Source: an uncultured Verrucomicrobiae bacterium | GTDB lineage: Bacteria > Verrucomicrobiota > Verrucomicrobiia > Limisphaerales > UBA11358 | Length of the DNA stretch: 64,000 nt | Direction of reading: 5' to 3' | Assembly: GCA_963845665.1 (NCBI GenBank) | Contig: CAWJTA010000002.1 | Span: 611,388-675,387 of the forward strand | Shown here: piece after piece, positions 36,646 to 45,400 of the stretch | How the letters are laid out: every line of letters starts with the position of its first letter | Numbering within the stretch: the first letter of the stretch is position 1 | Program-made: the position numbers and the translations under genes | Notes under the pieces: generated by a model | Seen by the model: only the letters and a program-made list of their open reading frames with translations | The model's database searches: none | What the model was told of the DNA's origin: nothing

Positions 36646-37104
36646 ATGAATTTGAGCGAAGAACAACGGCAACGCGTCACGTCCTGGATTTCGGCAGGGG
36701 CCAAGCTCTCCGAGGTCCAAACGCGCCTAAACCAGGAATTGGGTCTGAAGCTGACTTACATGGAAACGCGGTTTCTTGTGGATGATTTAAAGCTCACTCC
36801 AAAGGACCCTGAACCGCCCAAGACGGAGAAGCCGCCGGTGCCGGAAGAAGAGAAGGCGGAAAAAACTCCTGCCGAGGCTGCCAGGCCTGGTGGGGTTTCG
36901 GTGATTGTGGACCAGATTGCGCGGCCGGGCGCGCTGGTGAGCGGCAAGGTCACCTTTAGCGACGGACAAAAAGCAGAGTGGTATCTGGACCAGTCGGGGC
37001 GGCTGGGCGTGATCCCCGGGCAACAAGGCTACAAGCCGTCGGCGGCTGACGTGCAGGAGTTCCAGATGTCTTTGCAGGAGCAGTTGCAGCGCCTGGGTAT
37101 GTAG
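36646..37104 (+). CDS. Hypothetical protein
   Basis: 152-aa ORF with a Pro/Glu/Lys-rich linker between two globular-looking halves. Confidence 0.55.
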   Translation: MNLSEEQRQRVTSWISAGAKLSEVQTRLNQELGLKLTYMETRFLVDDLKLTPKDPEPPKTEKPPVPEEEKAEKTPAEAARPGGVSVIVDQIARPGALVSGKVTFSDGQKAEWYLDQSGRLGVIPGQQGYKPSAADVQEFQMSLQEQLQRLGM

Positions 37105-37206
37105 CTTTTAGCGGCTTTTCTTCGGAATCGGCCATTTTTGTTACAATTCTGCGAACGGTGGGCTGTCCCGGTTGTCTGAATGAGGGGGTTGGTTTATGGT
37201 AAAATT

Positions 37207-38406
37207 ATGACGGACGATTTGATTCAATTGGTGGGACAAAGCTTCGCTGTGGTTCTGGATATAGCGTGGTGGGTTATTGCCATGCGCCTGACAAACAAGA
37301 GGGTTTGGCGTTTGATCATCAGCCTTTTCATGGCGGTGCAATTGTGTTTCGGGATCCTGATCGCTTCAGGCGCAGATTTGGCGACGCATATTCCCACCGC
37401 AATGCTGTCGGCGGTCGTTGTGTGGCATTTTTTCTGTATTCCGGTACTGACTGGCCTGGGGATTTTGTATTTATGTCATCGCATGATACGCCGCCGACGT
37501 CAGCGGAACTCGGCAGTGGCAGTTGAAGAAACGCCGACAGTAGTGTCAGACACTGAAAATTCAATTTCACGCCGCGGCTTTATTGGTGCGTGCGCGGCGC
37601 TGGTGCCGCCACTGGCGACCTTTAGCATTACGGGCATTGCGATGGCCCAGATTAATGAGTTTCGCCTGCGCCGATTGACTCTCGCGATCCCGTCGCTGCC
37701 AAAATCGCTGGATGGGGTAACGATCGCACACGTCAGCGATATTCACGTGGGCGAATGGACGCACGGACCCATCCTGAAAAAAATTGTTGAGCACACGAAC
37801 GCCATGCGCGCCGACCTGGTTGTGGTCACGGGTGACCTCATTAATTATGAGTTAAGCGATCTGTCTGGATCCATTGATCTGGTAAAACAAATGTACGGGC
37901 GTTACGGCTTGTATATGGTTGAAGGCAATCACGATTTGATCGAGAACGGCGCTGAGTTTGAGCATCGAGTCAAGCGATCGGGTTTATCGCTATTGTTGGA
38001 TGAATCCATGATCTGTGAAGTCCGGGGTTGTCCCGTGCAGTTTCTGGGCATGCGTTGGACCGACTGTGTGGGCTCTCCCGACGACAAAGTGATTTCGTGG
38101 CAAGTACGCGAAGTGATGAAGCAACGGATACCGGATGCTTTCCCAATTTTCCTGGCGCATCATCCGCACGCTTTCGACGCAGCCGTCCAAAATGGGTTGC
38201 CATTGACGCTGACCGGTCACACGCATGGCGGCCAACTGATGCTCAACAGCAATATTGGTGTGGGTCCGGCCCTATTCCGCTATTGGTCGGGTTTGTACAA
38301 ACGAGGGCAGAGCCAGTTGGTTGTTTCCAATGGCGTTGGCAACATGTTTCCCGTTCGAATCAATGCGCCTGCGGAGCTTGTGCATATCACGTTGCGTTGC
38401 GCGTGA
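37207..38406 (+). CDS. Membrane-anchored metallophosphoesterase (calcineurin-like)
   Basis: N-terminal TM segments, then the phosphoesterase motifs ..IAHVSDIHVG.., ..VVVTGDL.., ..GNHD.., ..LAHHP.., ..GHTHGGQ... Confidence 0.85.
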   Translation: MTDDLIQLVGQSFAVVLDIAWWVIAMRLTNKRVWRLIISLFMAVQLCFGILIASGADLATHIPTAMLSAVVVWHFFCIPVLTGLGILYLCHRMIRRRRQRNSAVAVEETPTVVSDTENSISRRGFIGACAALVPPLATFSITGIAMAQINEFRLRRLTLAIPSLPKSLDGVTIAHVSDIHVGEWTHGPILKKIVEHTNAMRADLVVVTGDLINYELSDLSGSIDLVKQMYGRYGLYMVEGNHDLIENGAEFEHRVKRSGLSLLLDESMICEVRGCPVQFLGMRWTDCVGSPDDKVISWQVREVMKQRIPDAFPIFLAHHPHAFDAAVQNGLPLTLTGHTHGGQLMLNSNIGVGPALFRYWSGLYKRGQSQLVVSNGVGNMFPVRINAPAELVHITLRCA

Positions 38407-38446
38407 GTTTGGGGATATGGTGAATGATGTAGTGAAGTTTTAGCCC

Positions 38447-38556
38447 GTTACAGACGTTACATTGTTGATTTGCAGCTAGTTAAGGTGTTACAGACCCCGT
38501 TACAGATTGGCCTCTGCCCGTTACATTGTTGAATTTCAACAACTTAGTGTGTTACA
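38447..38556 (+). repeat. Array 2 of six exact direct GTTACA sites
   Basis: GTTACA at 38447, 38456, 38487, 38499, 38520 and 38551, all on the + strand. The array lies in a convergent intergenic region, and its site order and spacing parallel array 1. Confidence 0.85.
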
Positions 38557-38569
38557 ACCTGTTTGTCAT

Positions 38570-38880
38570 TCCCGTTCATGGGCTGTGAGCAGATCCGAAA
38601 GGAACAGAGGACTTTCCATGAACCGCCAGAACGTTCCCGTCTGAATGACTCTCCCTCACCCCGGCCCTCTCCCGCTTGGAGAGGGAGAAATGTTCGCCGA
38701 TTTTTGTAACGGCGAGCGACAATTTCGGTTCATGAGGCTCGATGCGGGTCCGTTCCTAGAGGTCGAAGCTTTCCATGAAATTAGCCAGAGCCGCGTGCCT
38801 CGGCTACCTAGAGATCGCCCTCACCCCCCGGCCCCCTCTCCCCCAGGAGAGGGGAATTGTCCTCAAATTGTTTGAAACGA
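38570..38880. repeat. Mosaic REP-like repeat block (3' flank of mnmG)
   Basis: Modules are bounded by GTTCATGG/CCATGAAC. It contains two copies of the CCCTCACCCCGGCCCTCTCCC..GGAGAGGG module and the CGCCGATTTTTGTAACGGCGAGCGA..TTCGGTTCATG module. Confidence 0.85.
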
Positions 38881-38926
38881 CGATCGATGGCAGTGGTTCA
38901 GGGATTTAATGCAACTTTTAGATGGG

Positions 38927-40858
38927 TCACTCCTCCACGCCACAAGGCTCGCACGCGGCTTCCGAGGCCGAGGCATCTCCAAATCGTTTGAGGCAGACCA
39001 TGAGGATACCGATGTCCGCTGGAGAGACGCCGGAGATTCTGGCGGCCTGACCTATAGTGGCGGGGCGAATCTTCGCTAATTTTTGGCGCGCTTCCATGCG
39101 CAGGCCGGGCACGGTCGAAAAATCGAATGCACCCGGGATTTGTTTGTCTTCGAGCTTTTTGAATTTTTCAATTTCCAGTTCCTGACGTTCTACGTAGCCG
39201 GCGTATTTTATGGCGATCTCGACCTGCTCGATGACTTCCTGGGAGAGCGATTCATCGCGTCCGGGCAAATCTTCATAGGCGGTCTCGGGGCGGGAAAGGA
39301 TTTTCGCCAGCGAATCGGAACCGTAGTGATTAGAGTTCAATCTACTGATCTCAGTGTCGATGGCCTGCTTCTTAGTTTGGAATTTTTGGAAATTGCGATC
39401 GGAAAGCAGGCCAATGTCATGACCGATTTCGGAGAGGCGCAAGTCAGCGTTATCCTGGCGCAACAACAACCGGTATTCGGCTCGCGACGTAAACATCCGG
39501 TATGGTTCGGTTGTTCCCTTGGTGACGAGGTCGTCGATCAAGACCCCGATATAAGCCTGATCACGACGAAGAACGATGGGATCCAAGTTTTTGGAGCGCC
39601 TTGCGGCGTTGATTCCCGCCATTATTCCCTGGGCGCCCGCTTCTTCGTAGCCCGAAGTTCCGTTGATTTGTCCGGCGAGGTACAAGTTCCGGCATGCTTT
39701 TGTCTCCAGAGATGGGAATAATTGAGTTGGGTAAGCGAAATCGTATTCAACGGCATAGGCCGGGCGCAATATTTCCGCGTTCTCGCATCCCTTGATGGTG
39801 CGAATTAATTCGAATTGAACTTCGAATGGCAGACTGGTAGAAAAACCGTTCACGTAGATCTCATCCGTTTCGATTCCCTCAGGTTCCAGGAATATTTGGT
39901 GTCGGTCCTTATCGGGAAACTTCACGATCTTATCTTCGATGGACGGACAGTAGCGGGGACCGACACCTTCGATCTTGCCCGAATAGAGTGGCGACTTATG
40001 GAGGTTGGCGCGAATGACCTCGGCGGTCTTTTCGTTTGTGAAAGTGACGTAGCAAGGCAGTTGGCCGTTGATTTTGGCCAGGACGGACCCGGGTGGATAC
40101 TTCGTTTCAACGGGTGTTCCTTGGAAGCGGCATCCAGATTGTTCCACGTGGAACAATTCGTCCTTCCAATAGGTGAAGTACGGGACTGGTTCGTCGCCAG
40201 GCTGGATCTCTGTTTTTGAGAAGTCTATGGACCGGCGCAACAGGCGGGGCGGCGTGCCGGTCTTAAGTCTGGCCAATTCCAAGCCGAGCTCCTTGAGGGA
40301 ACCCGACAGGTTGGAAGTGGCGACGTCTCCCGCACGACCTCCGGACTGTTGATTGAAGCCGATGTGCATAAGCCCACGCAAGAACGTGCCCGTGGTGATG
40401 ACCACCGTTTTGCCGTGGTATTGGACTTCGAGCGTAGTCTCAACGCCAAAGGCAATACCGTCCTTGTGCAGGATTTTTGCTGTTTGACCTTGTTTGACAT
40501 CGAGATTGGGCGTGGTTTCGCAGACCCATTTTAGACGGAACTGATAGTGCTTTTTATCACACTGCGCCCGTGGCGCCCACACAGCTGGTCCTTTTCTGGT
40601 ATTCAGCATCCGGAACTGTAGTCCGGTCATGTCCGTTGCCAATCCCATTTCGCCACCGAGGGCGTCGATCTCCCGAGCCAAGTGACCTTTGGCCAAACCG
40701 CCGATGGCCGGGTTGCACGACATTTGACCGATGGAATCCACGTTCATCGTCAAAAGCAACGTTTGGCAACCCATGCGGGCTGAAGCCAAGGCTGCTTCGA
40801 CGCCGGCGTGGCCTGCGCCGATCACGATGACGTCGTATGGTTTAGGGTAGAGGAACAT
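38927..40858 (-). CDS. mnmG: tRNA uridine-5-carboxymethylaminomethyl(34) synthesis enzyme MnmG (GidA)
   Basis: The internal ATG at 40858 gives MFLYPKPYDVIVIGAGHAGVEAALASARMGCQTLLLT... and the ORF is MnmG-like along its full length. The 28-codon N-terminal extension to 40942 is read out of a repeat. Confidence 0.93.
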   Translation of the reverse strand: MFLYPKPYDVIVIGAGHAGVEAALASARMGCQTLLLTMNVDSIGQMSCNPAIGGLAKGHLAREIDALGGEMGLATDMTGLQFRMLNTRKGPAVWAPRAQCDKKHYQFRLKWVCETTPNLDVKQGQTAKILHKDGIAFGVETTLEVQYHGKTVVITTGTFLRGLMHIGFNQQSGGRAGDVATSNLSGSLKELGLELARLKTGTPPRLLRRSIDFSKTEIQPGDEPVPYFTYWKDELFHVEQSGCRFQGTPVETKYPPGSVLAKINGQLPCYVTFTNEKTAEVIRANLHKSPLYSGKIEGVGPRYCPSIEDKIVKFPDKDRHQIFLEPEGIETDEIYVNGFSTSLPFEVQFELIRTIKGCENAEILRPAYAVEYDFAYPTQLFPSLETKACRNLYLAGQINGTSGYEEAGAQGIMAGINAARRSKNLDPIVLRRDQAYIGVLIDDLVTKGTTEPYRMFTSRAEYRLLLRQDNADLRLSEIGHDIGLLSDRNFQKFQTKKQAIDTEISRLNSNHYGSDSLAKILSRPETAYEDLPGRDESLSQEVIEQVEIAIKYAGYVERQELEIEKFKKLEDKQIPGAFDFSTVPGLRMEARQKLAKIRPATIGQAARISGVSPADIGILMVCLKRFGDASASEAACEPCGVEE

Positions 40859-40879
40859 TTTAGGGGGTGGGTGGTCTTG

Positions 40880-40990
40880 AGAATCCACGCCGATTAGACA
40901 AGCCAGAGCCTCGTGCCTCGGCGGCAAAGGACTCGCCCTCACCCCGGCCCTCTCCCCCAGGAGAGGGAGAATTATCCGCCGATTGTTGAC
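40880..40990. repeat. Mosaic REP-like repeat module (5' flank of mnmG)
   Basis: Runs GCCAGAGCCTCGTGCCTCGGCGGCAAAGGACTCGCCCTCACCCCGGCCCTCTCCCCCAGGAGAGGGAGAATTATCCGCCGATTGTTG. Confidence 0.85.
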
Positions 40991-41479
40991 AAGATTGTGT
41001 GGCTAGCCAAGTGAAAAGATCGTTAGGCAAGGGGCGCGGTCTGCTGATAGTTAGAGCAGACGTATGTCCGCTACTACACCCGTGAGTCCGTTTGCTACCC
41101 GACCAATCCGCATTTGATTTGATGAAGAAAATGCACTTTTTGTTTACGCAATCGTTATCGATATGAATAAATAGGCTATTATGTGCAAATACTTGGGTAT
41201 AAATAACGTTATCGATACCAAGTGATGTTTCTGGTTTGGTAAACATCGAACATCCAACGTCGAACGCTGAACATCGAATGCCGGATATGGCCGGTTCATG
41301 GGGAGAAATGCGACTGCATCCGTTTACCGGGCCAGGGTCAATGGCAGGAACGGTTGCTGCGAGCGCAGGAAAAGGCTGCGCGTGTGATTGTGATGGAATC
41401 GGATTCGTCACTTATTCTCAGGAGGAACAGAATAGGCATCTTTTTAGAAATCGCAATCTTTGAATGTTGTTTTTGCCAA

Positions 41480-42110
41480 GCTTCTGCTTCACCGGCGGTG
41501 CAACTTTCGGGAGTGCTGAGGCTGGTACCCCGTAGCGATCAACCGTGCGCCGGAGCATCGGTTCATGGAGAGTTTCAATGATTCTCGATTCGCGCATCGG
41601 AACCATGGAACGCGGGAACGCCGTGTGAGGGCACACGGCCTACAGTGGCGGACAATTGTTGCAGGCCGTCTTTCCATGAACCGTCGCCTGAACGAGCGCA
41701 TGCGAATCGTTCCGCCCGCTTTACGGGCGGTGACGGCGCAGCGCGCCGTCCCTACCATCGCCGCTTCATGGTCCCAATGCGTGTCTATTCCTAGGGGAGA
41801 AGTTTTCCATGAACCGATTAGCCAGAGCCTCGTGCCTCGGCTACCGAGAGATCGCCCGCACGACAGCCCTCTCCCCAGGAGAGGGAGAATTGTCCGCCGA
41901 TTTTTGTAACGGCGGGCGAGAATTTCGGTTCATGGGCTCGATGCACGTCCGTTCCTGGAGGTCGAAGCTCTCTACGAACCTTCGCTCGAACGAGCGCATG
42001 CGATCGTTCCGCCCGCTTTACGGGCGGTGACGGCGGTGGCAGCGCCACTTGCGAAGAGCGCCGTCCCTACCGCCTTCGGTATACGGACTCGATGCGCGAT
42101 TAGGGGATCA
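41480..42110. repeat. Mosaic REP-like repeat block (about 630 bp, at least 5 chained modules)
   Basis: Contains two copies of GCGCATGCGA(A)TCGTTCCGCCCGCTTTACGGGCGGTGACGGCG..GCCGTCCCTACC and one of CTCGTGCCTCGGCTACCGAGAGATCGCCC..CCCTCTCCCCAGGAGAGGGAGAATTGTCCGCCGATTTTTGTAACGGCGGGCGAGAATTTCGGTTCATGG. Confidence 0.85.
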
Positions 42111-42279
42111 TTGAAACTCCCCAGAAATGGCGAAATAGGCTTCAACAATGATAAGGGGGCCTAAATTTTTATCGAAATTTAATCGTGTCATATTTCACGT
42201 GAAAATCTGGGAAAAATTGAGGCTCAGATAAGTTTATCTCATTTTCAGCGATGATCTATTAAAAATTTAAATAAAACTA

Positions 42280-42308
42280 TTGACGAACTTTGACAAATTT
42301 TGTATTTT
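42280..42308 (+). promoter_or_regulatory. Candidate sigma70-type promoter of the giant surface-protein gene
   Basis: TTGACG (42280-42285), a 17-nt spacer, then TATTTT (42303-42308), inside an AT-rich tract 130 nt upstream of the 42439 ATG. Confidence 0.4.
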
Positions 42309-42438
42309 AAATGCCTTGAAGGCTGTTACAGTCACTGTTCCCAACAAAGCATTTCCGCAGTGCTGTTGTTGTTATCGCCGGGGAAGAAGCAGCGGGACGC
42401 GGTGATCAGCAATAACATTCGTTTCAGAAAACCCTATT

Positions 42439-45400
42439 ATGAAAAAGCATTTCATTTATTCATTGAAATTATTAATTGGCCTTGGCCTCGGCGTTTTGGC
42501 GACGAGCCAATTGCAGGCGGCGCTTCTGTATTGGGACCCGCAAGCGAACAACTCTCAAAATCCTTACCTCGGCAATATGACGGGCACGTGGGAAACTCCA
42601 AATTGGAGCACCTCGTCATCCGGTCAAGCTACCCCGGTGAATTGGACGAACGGTACTGCCGCGTGTTTTGGCGTCAATACTGGAATTGGCACGCCGGCGT
42701 TTACGATGTTGATGAAGTCAAATGACATCGTGAATGGTATATTTATCGGATCGTTGAACCCGAATTCCTGTGCAGTCACTGTTTACGGTCCCGGCACAAT
42801 GACCATCACGAATCTTCAAGGGTTTAACATACATAATGCTTCAGACGGTTCGCTCGGCATCCTTACCATCAGCAATACGATCGCCGATACGAGTCAATTC
42901 AAGGGTATGCTCAATCCCCAGAACAACGGCCAAATCTACTTGTATGGTTCAAACGTTTGGACCGGTGGAACGGCACTCGGATACAGCGGCGCCTCCTGGA
43001 ATGGTACTGTCTATTTTGATACGACCAATGCTTTCGGCACAGGAACCATCTATACGAGCAATTGTTTGGGCGGCGCTCTGGTCATGAATGCCACTTCAGC
43101 TCTTACCATAACCAATCCAGTTTTCTTTCCGACGCCCACTTCCGCGACACTGTATCTGGTAGGCGGCAGTTCCGGAGTGACGTACGCAGGGCCATGGACT
43201 GTAAACCAGGCGGTAACTTTGGGCATTGGCAGCGTCAATGGCGCGAACCAAATTACAGTTTCCGGCGTGGTGGGCGGGTCCGCTGCGATAACGATTACAA
43301 ACAGCACATCCAATACGGGCATTTTGACCTTAGCTGGAACGAACAGCTATTCGGGCAGTATCACGGTTCAATCTGGCACGCTGGCGCTCGCGGCCACAGG
43401 GTCGCTCAGCAATTCTCCGACGATTACGGTCGGGACCAACGGAATTTTTGACGGTTCGGCTTACGCTCCTTTGGCTTATACACCGGGCCCTAAACAAACC
43501 GTGACTGGCTATGGCACGGTGAACGGCGATATTTCAATCGGCGGCGGGGCAAGGATTTCAGGTGGAACGGCCTCAAAGATTGGGACGCTGAGTGACACCG
43601 GATCGTTGCTCCTGCAAAGCGGTGGGACGAACATTGTTTACATCCAAAATGCGGTAACCGGCGCCGGGGCCGGCAACAGTGTGATAGGTGCGGCGAACAA
43701 CATCGGCGTGCTGGCATCTGACGTGAGCCCATTTACGATAAGGGTCGCTTCAATGACCGGCACAGGCGCGGCGGGTGCGGTGAGCAATTTCGACAGAACA
43801 CTGCCTTATAGCTGGACGATCGCCACGGGAGACGTAACGAATTTTGATGCCGGCGCATTTGTCGTGGACTCGAGCGCGTTTGCAAATCTCACCGTGGGCG
43901 GCTCGTTTTCTGTTTCGAGCACTGGCAGCTCTTTGGTACTGGACTATACGCCTTCAACGAACATCGTCATCAGTGCCCAGGTTCCTAACCACGATGTGAC
44001 TTTGTATGAGGGACAATTTTTTGCTCCGCTGTCGATTACGGCGGGCGGTTACGGGCCGTTAACTTATCAGTGGTATACCAATGGCGTGGCTGATGGCACC
44101 GATTTGGGGACGAACACAACGTATCCGGGAGGCTATCTCGATCAAACGATCACGTATCAATGCGTGGTTGCCAATCCTTATGGCACGGCGACTGACCAGT
44201 TAGTGACTGTGACTGTGCAGTCGTGGCCGATCCAGTATTCGAGTAATTTGATGACACTGCAGCCGGTCGGTTATTGGCCGATGCATGAAACTGAATCTGC
44301 GGCGCATGGCGACATTGAAACCAACTACGGCACTTTGGGCGCTTTGGCCAACGGTTACTATCCTGATTGGGCGGGGGCTGTGAAGTCCATCCAGCGCGGC
44401 GCGCACGGCGCGATTGTGGGCGACCCCGATACGGCAGTCTATTTCACCAACTCCACTTCTGGAATCACCAACGCGCTTTACGTGCCACACACTTCGCCGT
44501 TGACGACATTGAATCCGCCGTTCTCGGTGGAATGCTGGTTCTTGCCGACCAATGGCCAGAATGACGTTTGGAGTCAAAATGGATTTGAAGGATTGAACGC
44601 TGGCGCCAGCGGGGCGGGCAACGGCAAAATTGGCGGCATCCGTTTGTATGCAGGCGGAAATGGGTTGACGGTTTACACCTACAATAATGGCCAAGCTGCC
44701 CAGGTACCTGTCAGTTGCGGGATTAATTCGACGAACTCGTGGGTCCATATCGTGGTGACTTGTGATGCGACCACTAACTTCAGTCTATACACGAACGGTG
44801 TTTTGGTCGCCAGCTCGGGATCGGTGCCGGCCGAATATACACCGGATTCCTGGACGCCATTTGAAGTGGGCAACGGTCGCGGAAATAGCCGCGCCTGCGC
44901 AGGCGTCGTTGATGAAGTGGCCATCTACACGAATGTGTTGCAGGCGCAAGACGTCGCCGCTCACTACACTGACGGTCTGGGCGGTGTCGCCGGCCAATAT
45001 TTTGCCGACGTCATGGCTTCAAATCCGGCGGTTTATTTGCGAATGGATTCGGCCGCTTATACTGCGCCGGCGGTCGCGACCTGGCCAATAATGACCAACT
45101 ACGGCTCAGCGGGCATCAATGGCGTCTATACCCCCGGTACGGTGCCGGGCGTTTTGACCGGCCCCAACAACAACGGTAACTCGTTCATCGGATTCACCAA
45201 TGTGGATGTCGCGCTTTTGAGTGGTGTCAGCAGTTTTGCCGATGCGGGAAATTCATCAGTGTATAATCCAACAGGATCGAACGCGAATTTCTCGGTGTCC
45301 GCGATGTTCAAGGGCTATCCTTGCGACAACCGCGTTCAATCCATAGTGGGTCACGGCACCAATTCGTGGGAACTGGATATGAGCACCAACGGATGCCTCG

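Noticed and set aside
41090-41240. The AT-rich island upstream of mnmG (gidA) as a possible chromosomal replication origin.
   Set aside because: mnmG is often near oriC, but I found no DnaA-box-like TTATCCACA/TGTGGATAA sequences here and no dnaA, dnaN or parAB in the window. The repeated CGTTATCGATA is not a known DnaA box. It cannot be supported without a GC-skew analysis of the whole replicon.
40860-41411. ORFs read out of mosaic repeats, such as 40860..41411(-), 41565..41909(+), 24851..25135(-), 25002..25478(-), 50071..50343(+), 31909..32325(+) and 15700..16017(-).
   Set aside because: Their sequences are translations of the dispersed repeat modules (SPLPxGEGE, RAVTAQRAVPT, NIEHPTSNAEHRM). 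The same DNA occurs in both orientations and in several frames elsewhere, so they are not credible genes.
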